Virus record (IMG/VR): IMGVR_UViG_3300027977_000007
Reading direction: 5' to 3' (one strand)
From: a virus
Length of the DNA: 64,000 nt
Part shown: positions 1-10,406 of the stretch, piece by piece
Layout of the letters: each line of letters opens with the position of its first letter
Position numbering within the stretch: position 1 is the first letter of the stretch
Notes under the pieces: generated by a model
What the model saw: the letters and a program-made list of their open reading frames with translations, nothing else
Databases searched by the model: none
Told to the model about the DNA's origin: nothing
Position numbers and translations under genes: made by a program

Positions 1-1862
1 TGGCCTAAATCAAAGTTTGTGTATAGATTAGCTACATCTGTTGTGTATGTTACAGAACTAAGTGTTACTGGTAAAAAGTCAGGTATTAAACAGCGTAACT
101 GATTGAAGTACTTATACCCACCATCATAAGGACCAACGTGTGGGTTATTACCTGTTAATATTTCTATTGTAGAACCACTACCACCAGTCTCACGATACCA
201 AAGACCATTATTTTGGAAATACATATCATCTGTATTCTGGAAAAATCTTGGATAACCCTCGGTATCTATTGGATAAAGTGAAATATCTGTATCTAGTCCA
301 TTAAGCCTTAAAACATCAAAAAATATGTCCATATTAATAGGTGCATCCGCTTTGTAGATGTACTCATTAAATTGAATTAGACCTAATGGTGCACCTATAA
401 AACGTAAGAAAAATTCTATAACCTTTCTAGCACCTTTAGATTTCCATATCCAAGGTGTGTTAAGGATTATTCTTCTCCAAAGTTCAATATCAGCCTCAAC
501 TGCTGTTAGACCAACAGATTGACCCGAATAGGTTGAGGGTGTCGTTGAAACGTAGCTTGCTAATAAGTTATTATCAAAAACTGACGAAACCAATTCCCAA
601 CCTAATACTCTAGCTAGATTCTTTAAGTATACATCAGGTGTATTATTCTGTTTATCATAGGTTACAGTATTCGCAAATTGAATGCCTAAGATGTATCGGT
701 TTAGTTCATCAAATTCTCTACCGTATATTTGTAAGGTCTTGTTAACTTTTTGACCAGATGTATCTTGCTGTAAATCAGAAAGATGTACTGGCATTGTATC
801 AAACGCAGTTATTGATTCTGATACTAAGAACCTATTCATTAAATTACTAGAGAATAGGTCATTTTTTGCCGCAATGTCCAATAAACTAGTTACGTAATCA
901 ACATACGCATCCGTATCAAAATCTATATTATAACCATCAGAAACTGGCCAAGTTACACTATTTGTAATATACATTATAATACCATCATCAGATGTAACTG
1001 GGTATTTAAACGATGCTGTGTATTTTGGTACCACCATTCTGTTTAACAAGTAAGCTTCAAGGTCTAATAAGGTATTAAAAAATTTATCCTCATAAATCTT
1101 ACTAGGCTTAATGTGATATTTCACATAATATGTACTTTGTGAACCAGTAAATGGATTACCTGTTACATTTAAATAGATATAATCATTTAATACATTTGTC
1201 GAAGCTGAAAAACCTACCAATGGATATTCAATATCATTATATAATACTGAATATGCGTTAAAATTAATTGTTAAATTTCTTAAATCATTTGTTTGATTAA
1301 AGGTGTTTATGATTGTACCATTTGTAGTGTAAACAATACCAAATTTATTATTAATAAATGACGTGTTAACCTTAAACGATGATATATTAGATATACTATC
1401 ATAGGTATAATCATCTACTGTCTGCCCAAATATTGTTTGACCAGCTGTGTTTTGTGTTAATGTATCAAGATATAAAGAAGCTGGCCATTGTGTTATAATA
1501 GTCTCTAAAGAAACCCTAATGTATTCACTTAATGAACCAAATAATGCGTAATAGTCTAAGTTTCTTTTATCCAAGTTTAATACAACCTCAGCATTGTCAG
1601 CTAGTAGGGTATTTGCCTCGTTTAAGGTTAAATTTATATCAGATAAGGTAATAAAATTAGAGAACTTAGCCGAATTATATGTCTTATCTAATTTTGGGTC
1701 TAAGTTTGTTGTAATAGCAAAGTTACCTAACGTAAATAACGGTGAACCACCATTACTGGTTAATTGATTCCCCACCAAATCTGGTGTGAAATCCCTATAT
1801 TCAATCCCATCAACGTAAGTAACTTTCTTGGCGTACCCAACTACCTTAATTCTATTGCTCAT
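1..1862 (-). CDS. Partial large baseplate wedge-type structural protein, runs off the left edge (not in ORF track)
   Basis: ATG at 1862 reads MSNRIKVVGYAKKVTYVDGIEYRDFTPDLVGNQL...; the same gene carries LWRRIILNTPWIWKSKGARKVIEFFLRFIGAP, a motif typical of T4 gp7-like wedge proteins; lies in the baseplate cluster. Confidence 0.65.
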   Translation of the reverse strand, partial: MSNRIKVVGYAKKVTYVDGIEYRDFTPDLVGNQLTSNGGSPLFTLGNFAITTNLDPKLDKTYNSAKFSNFITLSDINLTLNEANTLLADNAEVVLNLDKRNLDYYALFGSLSEYIRVSLETIITQWPASLYLDTLTQNTAGQTIFGQTVDDYTYDSISNISSFKVNTSFINNKFGIVYTTNGTIINTFNQTNDLRNLTINFNAYSVLYNDIEYPLVGFSASTNVLNDYIYLNVTGNPFTGSQSTYYVKYHIKPSKIYEDKFFNTLLDLEAYLLNRMVVPKYTASFKYPVTSDDGIIMYITNSVTWPVSDGYNIDFDTDAYVDYVTSLLDIAAKNDLFSSNLMNRFLVSESITAFDTMPVHLSDLQQDTSGQKVNKTLQIYGREFDELNRYILGIQFANTVTYDKQNNTPDVYLKNLARVLGWELVSSVFDNNLLASYVSTTPSTYSGQSVGLTAVEADIELWRRIILNTPWIWKSKGARKVIEFFLRFIGAPLGLIQFNEYIYKADAPINMDIFFDVLRLNGLDTDISLYPIDTEGYPRFFQNTDDMYFQNNGLWYRETGGSGSTIEILTGNNPHVGPYDGGYKYFNQLRCLIPDFLPVTLSSVTYTTDVANLYTNFDLG

Positions 1863-1869
1863 TGCTTAT

Positions 1870-2793
1870 TTATATTGTTATTACAGCTGTAAATCTTTTA
1901 GTGAAGTCAATACTAGTCCTTTGTTCTCTAACTTCAAACAATGGTGTTCCAGTAAATCTATCTTTAATTTCGTATAAATCGTATTGTTTATAAATATCAT
2001 TATTAAAGTTATATATAGTATAAATACCATCCTCAAGTGATTTAGTTTGGTTACCAAACAATCCAAATGCAAGTGTTTCAATATCTTGTTCTACCATCTC
2101 AACCTCAATCATAATTGGGTTAAAAAATGTATTGGTTATTATAACCCTTTGATTTGGTTGACCGATAAATGGCAAGGCGTTAGCCTTAACATTAGATGCC
2201 GATGATGGTGATACCGTACAAAATGTAAGTGATGAATTATCGTTAAATCTATAACGGATAGCCTTTTGATTGGCATTCGTCAAATTCTGATTTACAGCTT
2301 CAGCTCTATTGTTAGAAGTTATAACCCTAAAGAAATTATGTACCTTTGCGTCAGCTGCCGATGTGTTGGTATCTAAGTATTCTATTCTATAACCAACCAA
2401 TCCATTATTTTCAAACTTAGTTAAAAAATCTTGTGAAACCGCTGTCGTGTCAAATAAGATACCAGATGTATCTGGGAACGCTGATAAAACACCAACATCT
2501 GTTATACTAGTTCGTATCTCAACTGGTTTAATTATAATTGTATAAATACCCTTTACTCCAAAGACAGATGTTGGTAATTTAAGCGTATATAAGCCACCAA
2601 ATAATTCAAAACCACTGACACCAGATTGGCCCTTATTTGGACTATCTATCGGTATCAAGACATCACTAGATACCAATTTTATTAATGCGGAATTACCAAT
2701 ACTACCCCTAGATGGTGTATAATGATAAAAAATCTCAGCATCACTTGGTGAAATATCTGCTGGTCTTATTATTCCATATGTACCACTTGCCAT
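1870..2793 (-). CDS. Hypothetical virion/baseplate protein
   Basis: 307 aa, beta-rich, co-oriented in the structural cluster. Confidence 0.5.
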   Translation of the reverse strand: MASGTYGIIRPADISPSDAEIFYHYTPSRGSIGNSALIKLVSSDVLIPIDSPNKGQSGVSGFELFGGLYTLKLPTSVFGVKGIYTIIIKPVEIRTSITDVGVLSAFPDTSGILFDTTAVSQDFLTKFENNGLVGYRIEYLDTNTSAADAKVHNFFRVITSNNRAEAVNQNLTNANQKAIRYRFNDNSSLTFCTVSPSSASNVKANALPFIGQPNQRVIITNTFFNPIMIEVEMVEQDIETLAFGLFGNQTKSLEDGIYTIYNFNNDIYKQYDLYEIKDRFTGTPLFEVREQRTSIDFTKRFTAVITI

Positions 2794-2872
2794 TTTATTA
2801 TTTTATTTACTACTATGTTATTGAGCTATGCGCTATTGTTTATCAATGTAAGTATAATTTACTTAAAGTGTA

Positions 2873-3670
2873 TTATATACGTGTAATGTTATAATATCCA
2901 TTACCATACCTAGTTAATTCACCTAAATTCTTTATCTCAGATAATCTGAGATGTGTATCCATTATACTCGTTATGCTTCTATCTATAAATACGTCACTTT
3001 TAACTTCTGGTGGAGAAATAATACCAAATAAATATTCTTCTTTCGCTAACGCTGATAATGAAACGTTTGTTTCATTTAAACCCTGACCAATATACCTGAA
3101 TGTTGTTAGTGGTTGAGAGACAAAACTACCATTAAGTAGAAATGTATTTGTCTGGGCCGAATAATCTTCATAAAGTATACCAGTATTTTGATTTATAGTA
3201 CCTATTAGTGCATCGTCATTAGCATCAAATACATATATATTTGGTTCACCTAGACTAGTTATACGACTAACACCATTGACTAATCGATTAACATAGTCTA
3301 GATAACCCTCAGTATCTATATTAAAACCTACCTTATATCTATCAAGTTCATCATATGACATCAAATCTTCAATCTTTGTGTCAGTTTTACCTGTAATTAC
3401 TTTATTTATATAGTTGTAGTAGTTGGTTTCATCTGTATCTTGAAATCTAAGCGTAACTAAATCAGTAGATGTTATAGCACTAGTCGAATAAGTTGTTGCC
3501 GTTGATGAAGGAATGTAATCAATATCAGTGAACAATCCCATATCATCAACATTCTGTGTGATAAAAACGTTAATATAAAACGTAGTTGCAGTAAGAGTAC
3601 CCCAATTAGGGCTATCATTAGTCCTATCTATGTTATTTTCTAATAAAATCTTACGCTTAATTAGCTCCAT
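2873..3670 (-). CDS. Hypothetical virion/baseplate protein
   Basis: 265 aa; start overlaps the upstream stop (TAATG). Confidence 0.5.
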   Translation of the reverse strand: MELIKRKILLENNIDRTNDSPNWGTLTATTFYINVFITQNVDDMGLFTDIDYIPSSTATTYSTSAITSTDLVTLRFQDTDETNYYNYINKVITGKTDTKIEDLMSYDELDRYKVGFNIDTEGYLDYVNRLVNGVSRITSLGEPNIYVFDANDDALIGTINQNTGILYEDYSAQTNTFLLNGSFVSQPLTTFRYIGQGLNETNVSLSALAKEEYLFGIISPPEVKSDVFIDRSITSIMDTHLRLSEIKNLGELTRYGNGYYNITRI

Positions 3671-4536
3671 TATAATGCATTTATTTGATAAAGTTGTACC
3701 GTAACGTCATTATAACCAGTATTGGTCGTATACGTCACGTTATTAGCGCTTAAAATAATACTGTTACCATGATAACCATCATCAATTTCATAATAATAAC
3801 CATTAGCCTTACGTATAAGCTTATATCTGGTATATAATTCATGTACCAACTTATCAATTGGTAATGGACTACGTTGAACCATAAGATTAGTACCAGTACC
3901 AGTCTTAGCATTTTTAAAGCTGGCTCTCATATATAAATACTTAAATTCACCAATTTTTAATTCATCCTTATAGTCATACAAATGATAACCTTCAGCAAAG
4001 CCAAGCTTATTAATGCTGGGACTTTCAAGTATGAAGGTTAATGGTACTTCATTAGCTTTTTTTGCTTGCCCAACAATACCAACTGGACTACCAGATGGAA
4101 TTAAGTCAGCACTAGTTAAACTAGCATATACTGTTACATTAAAGATTAAATTTTGTAAGAATGGATTTTCATTATCGTAAAAATTTAAGCTTAAGAATGT
4201 TTGTTTAAAGGCTTCGGTTTGAAACCTAATATCATCATCAGTAAAACCAATATTACCATACGTGGTACCACTAGCATTAAATGTTACCCCATAAATAACC
4301 CTATCTATTGGAATATCTGGGCCGCTTAGTTTTAAATCCAATGGTAAATATCTAACCCTCTCATAATCAATGATTGGGTTAATAGCCTTTTCTGTTTCAA
4401 CGTCAACAAATACACGTTCAACCAATTCAGATTGGTCTATCATTTGATATTCCATATTGATTGGAATATTAATCGTTGTAGCAGTTGTACCAGTACTAAT
4501 TGTACTGATATTTATCTTATAATTATTAACAAACAT
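3670..4536 (-). CDS. Hypothetical virion/baseplate protein
   Basis: 288 aa; overlaps both neighbours in the baseplate operon. Confidence 0.5.
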   Translation of the reverse strand: MFVNNYKINISTISTGTTATTINIPINMEYQMIDQSELVERVFVDVETEKAINPIIDYERVRYLPLDLKLSGPDIPIDRVIYGVTFNASGTTYGNIGFTDDDIRFQTEAFKQTFLSLNFYDNENPFLQNLIFNVTVYASLTSADLIPSGSPVGIVGQAKKANEVPLTFILESPSINKLGFAEGYHLYDYKDELKIGEFKYLYMRASFKNAKTGTGTNLMVQRSPLPIDKLVHELYTRYKLIRKANGYYYEIDDGYHGNSIILSANNVTYTTNTGYNDVTVQLYQINAL

Positions 4537-6325
4537 CGTTGGCTGAGTTGGTTGTAAATCTATCTGTTATTCTTTCACCGATTGGGTCTCTAGGGAATTT
4601 ACCATAATATAAATCCCAATTATCAAATGGGTCCTGTCTTCTAACATAAAAACAATAATTATTATACATGTAATGACAATTATTTGTAAATGGATAATCT
4701 AATGGAGTTGTATCAGCTTGGTTATAACCAATATCCAATAAATCTCTCCAAAAATAACGACCATCACCCAAATCAACCGCATACTCTGGTATACCTACTG
4801 TATTCTGGTCACCTTGTTCAACATAGTTAGAGAATTGCCTTATAGTTATTTGATTATGAGGCTTATAAAAATAACCTTCTTGTCTTGGTCCTAATGAAAT
4901 TGTTTCAGTGATTGCTGGTGTAATTGGTGACGTATTAGTATTCTCATTAGAAGTAATATATGTCATCGATGGTGATGTCTCTCGGTTTAACGTATTAAAC
5001 CTATGTGAAACATCGGCTAGTTTAGTTTCTTTTACTTGAGCTATATTATACTCAACCAAATCACCATAAAACTCATTATTTGGATTGTTTATTGATACGT
5101 TATTCTCTAATGGTATATGTGATGGCCATGGTAAGTTATTTAATCCGTTATGAATCTTATTAATTACTGGTATATTAAGTAAAAATGTATCAGTTGGACT
5201 GGTATTTAATTTTGAATAGAATGGTGTTTCAATACCAGATGATACCCTAGAAAATAACCCATTGCTATTGGTTTTAATTACGGTTAAATATAACTCGCTT
5301 AGGGGTCTACCTAGATTATCCGTTAAATCCGTTACATCAATATCTTCATTAAATACAAATTGTGTTATTGTATCAGAATATATGTTCTGGCTAAATGCCG
5401 CACGATATATTTCATAATCATCAGTCTCAATAACTGGCGTATTTCTTGTTTTTATCTTTTTAAATTTTCTAAAATAGTACTGTGATTTAAAACCGTTAAC
5501 TATCTTATTCATTCTAGATAAGTTTGATATGGTACCAGTTGGTGGTAGGTCAACAACGAAGGTGTATTCCTTCAAATCACCATTATCTAACCCTGTTCTA
5601 ACCACTAAATGGTCACCGTCATAACCTGTCGTACCTGTAATTCTAACTGAATCACCAGCAACTAAATTATGTTGACATGTCATTGAAAATACTGTCATAA
5701 CCCTAGTTGATACTATGGCTGGATTGGCTTCTAAAATTATCAGGCCACTAAACTTATTTACTGAGTCATAAACCATTGTATGACCACTGTCAATAGCGTA
5801 TGGATATGTAATAGTTAATTCCCAATTCTTAACAGGGACCGTTGTAGTTTTGTTATATGGGTTAACATCGATTAAGAATGATAATCTTTCCCTTTTTGGC
5901 TCCATATCAAAAAAGTTACAAAACCCACGTTTAGATATATCTGGGTTATAATAACCAAACCAACCATCATTTTCCTTTAGGTTATCATTAACAACCGTAG
6001 GATAAATGGAGTCAGAAAATCTATATGTTCCGTTAGGGTTTTGATAGTTAAAACCCTTCCAAGTAAACTCATCAGCTTTAACTGTATCATCTAAATTAAA
6101 CAACGCATTTGATATTGTTGAATTTATGGTGCCTAATATTCTATAGTATTTACTTCGTTGTCTTTCAACATCAAAACGTTCACTAACATCAACTACCTTA
6201 TTGATAACGTCAGGCGGTAATAACCTTTGGCTATCATCTAAAGATACCTTTAGGTAAGTATCTCTATTGGTTGATTCCTTTGAAGTCTCAACACCCAATA
6301 TTTGCTGTATCCTGTTAGTGCTCAT
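4526..6325 (-). CDS. Hypothetical virion/baseplate protein
   Basis: 599 aa; HNLVAGDSVRITGTTGYDG is a small beta-barrel motif common in virion proteins; TAATG coupling. Confidence 0.5.
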   Translation of the reverse strand: MSTNRIQQILGVETSKESTNRDTYLKVSLDDSQRLLPPDVINKVVDVSERFDVERQRSKYYRILGTINSTISNALFNLDDTVKADEFTWKGFNYQNPNGTYRFSDSIYPTVVNDNLKENDGWFGYYNPDISKRGFCNFFDMEPKRERLSFLIDVNPYNKTTTVPVKNWELTITYPYAIDSGHTMVYDSVNKFSGLIILEANPAIVSTRVMTVFSMTCQHNLVAGDSVRITGTTGYDGDHLVVRTGLDNGDLKEYTFVVDLPPTGTISNLSRMNKIVNGFKSQYYFRKFKKIKTRNTPVIETDDYEIYRAAFSQNIYSDTITQFVFNEDIDVTDLTDNLGRPLSELYLTVIKTNSNGLFSRVSSGIETPFYSKLNTSPTDTFLLNIPVINKIHNGLNNLPWPSHIPLENNVSINNPNNEFYGDLVEYNIAQVKETKLADVSHRFNTLNRETSPSMTYITSNENTNTSPITPAITETISLGPRQEGYFYKPHNQITIRQFSNYVEQGDQNTVGIPEYAVDLGDGRYFWRDLLDIGYNQADTTPLDYPFTNNCHYMYNNYCFYVRRQDPFDNWDLYYGKFPRDPIGERITDRFTTNSANDVC

Positions 6326-9300
6326 TAGAAGATTATTATTGTATTACAACCCACGCTATCAAATAATGTTACTTGGTATTGTGTTTGTGATGAGAATGTT
6401 ATTGGTGAAGTAAATGATGGTGGTGTGGTTGTAGGACCATATGTTACAGAATATGGTGGTGTTCCACCATTAGCCGAAATTCTATAGGCATTTCCAATAA
6501 TAACCCCAGAACCCACTAACGGTGGCGTTGTTGGACCAACAATTGATGTTGATGTCTTAATATTACCCATTGAATCAGTTAATGTGCTTATATATGTGTC
6601 TGGTAAAAGACCAGTAAGATTAGCCGAAGTACTTATAAAACTTGTATAAGTTGTACCTGTTGTTTCTAGGTTATATGGTGGTTGTCCACCAGCATAAGTT
6701 AATAAAATTTTACCATCGGCAACATTTGAGCATGTAGCATCTGTAACCGCTGGTGTTAATATTAATGGAGATGGCCCAGTAATCGTTAATCCAGTAGTAA
6801 CACAAGCTGGACTACTTGCTGAATCTTCTACGGTTACGGTATAACCCAATACATCAGCATCTAACCCAGTAAAGGTGTATGGTATTGATGGGCTAGCTAT
6901 AGAATTTATTATAACACCTAAGCTATTTTGTAATTTAAATGTATATGGTGGAACACCACCATATACTGAAAATACTGTAATTTCACCATCATTTGAGGTA
7001 TCAGTTGTTGCATTTTTACTAACACCAACGAAACAAGTTAATGGTAATACACCACCAACCGATACGATTTGTGTTGCTGGATAACCAAGTGAATCAATAA
7101 CATTAATAGTATATACACCCTCACACAATCCACTTAATTCATAACCTAATGACGTATTACCACTAAAATTATAACCATTACTACTAGATACGGTATATGT
7201 ATATGGTTCAATTCCACCAATTGGGGTAAAGCTAATTTTACCATCACATGGTAAAGTACCAATAGGCTGCGTTGATGCTGATGACGTTGCATCTATAACT
7301 ATACCTACCTTTTGAATAGGAACACAAGTATTAAAAAACTTATCATTCATTTTATCTAATGCTGTCTTACCTGGAAATAATCCAAAATACATATAAAATG
7401 AATGCTTAGGTTGTGAATATTTATTATCGTTAGATGGGTTAAATCCCCTAAAGCTAGCATAAGCTTCGCCATTATCGATATTATTTACATTACTATAGGG
7501 TTGATTAATATTATTATTGTTATTAATATTAAAACTACTATTTATATTACTATTAATTGAATACGAATTTAACGATGTTGTACCACTATTTAAGATAATG
7601 TAACTATCCCTAAACTCCTTTCCAAAAGTATCATCAATATCTTTACTACCGAACACACCATCAGCAGCATCTGTTACATTATTTGTTATTGGGTCTAAGG
7701 TTGATTCATCGCCATCAACAAATACTTCACAGGCATGTCTAATATTTAAGCATTGTATTGAATTAACGTGTAGCCCAATACAGTCTATTTCAAAGAATAA
7801 ACCTTTGTAGCCTGTACCAACCATGCCAGATTCTATTAATACTTCAGTGTTATTTGAGCGTGATTCAGTGTCAGCCGTTTCTGGTGGTAATTTATATGAT
7901 GTCTCAACCAATAATGGTTGTAGCTTAGGGAAACCCTGCCAATCACAGTCAAAGACAGAACCCAAGCAAGTAATGTCAGTGGCGAATAGTTTTAAACTAG
8001 CATTATGATTTGTTGATGCGTAATATAATTCATCTTTATATTTTTTAACCAACCCCTCAGGAACCGTATTTGTTGGTCTAGCTTCATTTTGGCAGTTTGG
8101 TGAATTACAACTAAAACAAGTATCTAATAACATTTGGTTATGGCACGTGTTATCTGGTATACCATTATTATTACCATCTACACCACTATAATTAGGGTCA
8201 TTTCTAAACTCACTACAATCATATTCGCAAAACTTTTCACTAGCTCTAAGTCTTTTTTTATACTTTAATAAAAATGTATATAATGAACCAGTTGTCCAGT
8301 CATTGTAGAAATCAAACTGATAAATATTTAACGCTTGGGCCATTTGAAAGGCTAAACAATCGGCTAATTTACCTTCAGTAGGTGGGTCTAGCAACTCGTT
8401 ATAACCTAAAGAATTTTTCCTACAACCAGGTGCATAAGTTTGAGCGTCATCTGTCGGACATTGAACCGATATACATGCAATATAGTTTGGTTCATTAATA
8501 CTAAAACCAAGCTTATTTAAAAATTTAATAATTCCTTTAAGTGCTCCTATTATAATATTTATTATTGGTATAACAACAATGTTAATAATACTTATTATTA
8601 AAGTTACTATTGTTATAATTAAACATATTATAAAAAATATTGGATTAGTTTGTGTGTTAATTCTATTAAATGGAAATGGGTTCTTATCACCGACACACGC
8701 ATCAACATCTTTCATTCCAGCAAAGTTTCTAGTATTTTCATCACTACCAATTGCTTTTTGAAGCTGGTACCTTGGTATAAAGTTAGATACCGTATATATC
8801 TTATTCCAATAAAAATCCTTAAAGCTAGTTGATTTGGTTAATTCACTGAACTCGTAATCTATGTCATTTTTAGTTGGTGGATTATTTGGTACTAAATACT
8901 TAGCTCTAGTTCTAAGTCTTCCTTCACCACCATTCTCATCCATACCTATTCTAAATCTTACACTAGACCTAGTTGGTATACCAATATTAGGGTCATTAGA
9001 CGGTATCAAATCACCAGCCTCATTCGTAACTACATAGTCAAGATTCATAGGCAATTGAAAGGCCCATGTACCATCATCGTCTATAACCCTACCACCATCT
9101 ACTGAAAATTCCTCAACCTCACCATCTATCGTTTTACGAAGAATTTCTATTGTGCCTTGCCCTGCTACTTGTTCGCATAATTGCCCGAATTGCTTTCTTG
9201 GACGACAACGCTTATTAACACTATTTTTGCTCTGGTCACCATAAATACTACCCATAAAGATAGCTGCTGGTGCGATTGTATAATTCAAATCAATATCAAT

Positions 9301-10020
9301 ACGTGTGATACCAATTTCACAATTATCTACATCACCCCAAAACGGTTGTACGTTAACACCAACATTTGTTGATTTTATTTGAGTTAATTTATCTAAATTA
9401 GTATCGGCCTTGAATTTGGTTGAAGAATCAAACAAATTAGCTGGTGAGCCTTGGCGAATTAAATCATACGGTCTTTGTGATAATGGACCAATATCGGATA
9501 AATCCGCATCAACATGCAAGGTATAGGTACCTAGTGGTACACCAAATATCATAAAGTCACCAGCATAGTTAGTTGTAGTAGTGTACTTATAATATTTACA
9601 ATAGATATCTAATACCGTAGCGTCATCTAAGACTTCACGCTTAGATGGAAGAGTGCCAACTGGTGTAAAGCATTCATTATCAGACTCAGCAACTTTTGGT
9701 AATAGGTTATACCTAACGCCATCACTATTTTTATCGGTAATTGTCTCATATGGATATAAGCCTCTAATTACCGAATTATTCTTATCATCATCATCTATCG
9801 GTATAAAAACACTAACCTTAGCGTTTGGTACACCAAAGCCGCTATTTACGATTACCCTACCAACAATAACTCCATAATCAGAACAAAATTTCCGATATGT
9901 TTCTTCTTGGGTCAGCTGTAAGGATAATATTTCAATGAAATCAAAGTCTTGGTCTAATTTTACTTTTAAATATTTATCCCCACCATTTGGTGTTGTTTTT
10001 ATTCTTACTGAGTTTGACAT
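6325..10020 (-). CDS. Large Cys-rich baseplate-associated protein with carboxypeptidase-regulatory-like N-domain, long hydrophobic segment and C-terminal SprB-like repeats
   Basis: GVIVGRV...PNAKVSV...TTTNYAGDFMIFGVPLGTYTL; ~40-aa Ile-rich segment; four repeats of the DG.I....GG.PPY...L.GL..G.Y...V.DS.G type. Confidence 0.6.
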   Translation of the reverse strand: MSNSVRIKTTPNGGDKYLKVKLDQDFDFIEILSLQLTQEETYRKFCSDYGVIVGRVIVNSGFGVPNAKVSVFIPIDDDDKNNSVIRGLYPYETITDKNSDGVRYNLLPKVAESDNECFTPVGTLPSKREVLDDATVLDIYCKYYKYTTTTNYAGDFMIFGVPLGTYTLHVDADLSDIGPLSQRPYDLIRQGSPANLFDSSTKFKADTNLDKLTQIKSTNVGVNVQPFWGDVDNCEIGITRIDIDLNYTIAPAAIFMGSIYGDQSKNSVNKRCRPRKQFGQLCEQVAGQGTIEILRKTIDGEVEEFSVDGGRVIDDDGTWAFQLPMNLDYVVTNEAGDLIPSNDPNIGIPTRSSVRFRIGMDENGGEGRLRTRAKYLVPNNPPTKNDIDYEFSELTKSTSFKDFYWNKIYTVSNFIPRYQLQKAIGSDENTRNFAGMKDVDACVGDKNPFPFNRINTQTNPIFFIICLIITIVTLIISIINIVVIPIINIIIGALKGIIKFLNKLGFSINEPNYIACISVQCPTDDAQTYAPGCRKNSLGYNELLDPPTEGKLADCLAFQMAQALNIYQFDFYNDWTTGSLYTFLLKYKKRLRASEKFCEYDCSEFRNDPNYSGVDGNNNGIPDNTCHNQMLLDTCFSCNSPNCQNEARPTNTVPEGLVKKYKDELYYASTNHNASLKLFATDITCLGSVFDCDWQGFPKLQPLLVETSYKLPPETADTESRSNNTEVLIESGMVGTGYKGLFFEIDCIGLHVNSIQCLNIRHACEVFVDGDESTLDPITNNVTDAADGVFGSKDIDDTFGKEFRDSYIILNSGTTSLNSYSINSNINSSFNINNNNNINQPYSNVNNIDNGEAYASFRGFNPSNDNKYSQPKHSFYMYFGLFPGKTALDKMNDKFFNTCVPIQKVGIVIDATSSASTQPIGTLPCDGKISFTPIGGIEPYTYTVSSSNGYNFSGNTSLGYELSGLCEGVYTINVIDSLGYPATQIVSVGGVLPLTCFVGVSKNATTDTSNDGEITVFSVYGGVPPYTFKLQNSLGVIINSIASPSIPYTFTGLDADVLGYTVTVEDSASSPACVTTGLTITGPSPLILTPAVTDATCSNVADGKILLTYAGGQPPYNLETTGTTYTSFISTSANLTGLLPDTYISTLTDSMGNIKTSTSIVGPTTPPLVGSGVIIGNAYRISANGGTPPYSVTYGPTTTPPSFTSPITFSSQTQYQVTLFDSVGCNTIIIF

Positions 10021-10385
10021 TAATTATCTTTTTCTTCATCTGTTATATCTACCGCATCTAACATTACCACATCATCTTCAGTATATGAATTATATTCATC
10101 ACCGACAAATATTTCATCATCATCATCGTCATTTTCTATATCTTTAAATTTTTTACCTATCTTAATAAGCAAGGGCATTATATCTACCGATTCATTTAAT
10201 ACTAGAGTCTTAAATATTAACCAAATTATATATACATTTAATATTGGTAACATTAATACAAACAATATAAAAGCTAACACCTTTAACGTATATTTGATTA
10301 TCGTTTCACCTGTTGGTAACGAAGGGCCTTTATTGCCTTCAAGTACTTGGTCTATATTAACATTATTTTTACAATTACAACTCAT
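10020..10385 (-). CDS. Small membrane protein
   Basis: N-terminal CxC, hydrophobic VLAFILFVLMLPILNVYIIWLIF, acidic tail. Confidence 0.55.
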   Translation of the reverse strand: MSCNCKNNVNIDQVLEGNKGPSLPTGETIIKYTLKVLAFILFVLMLPILNVYIIWLIFKTLVLNESVDIMPLLIKIGKKFKDIENDDDDDEIFVGDEYNSYTEDDVVMLDAVDITDEEKDN

Positions 10386-10406
10386 ATTATATTATATTTA
10401 TTTTAT

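Noticed and set aside
7495-7570. Asn/Ile low-complexity stretch (similarly the Ala/Gly run at ~31675-31720)
   Set aside because: Ordinary in-frame linkers with no higher-order repeat structure
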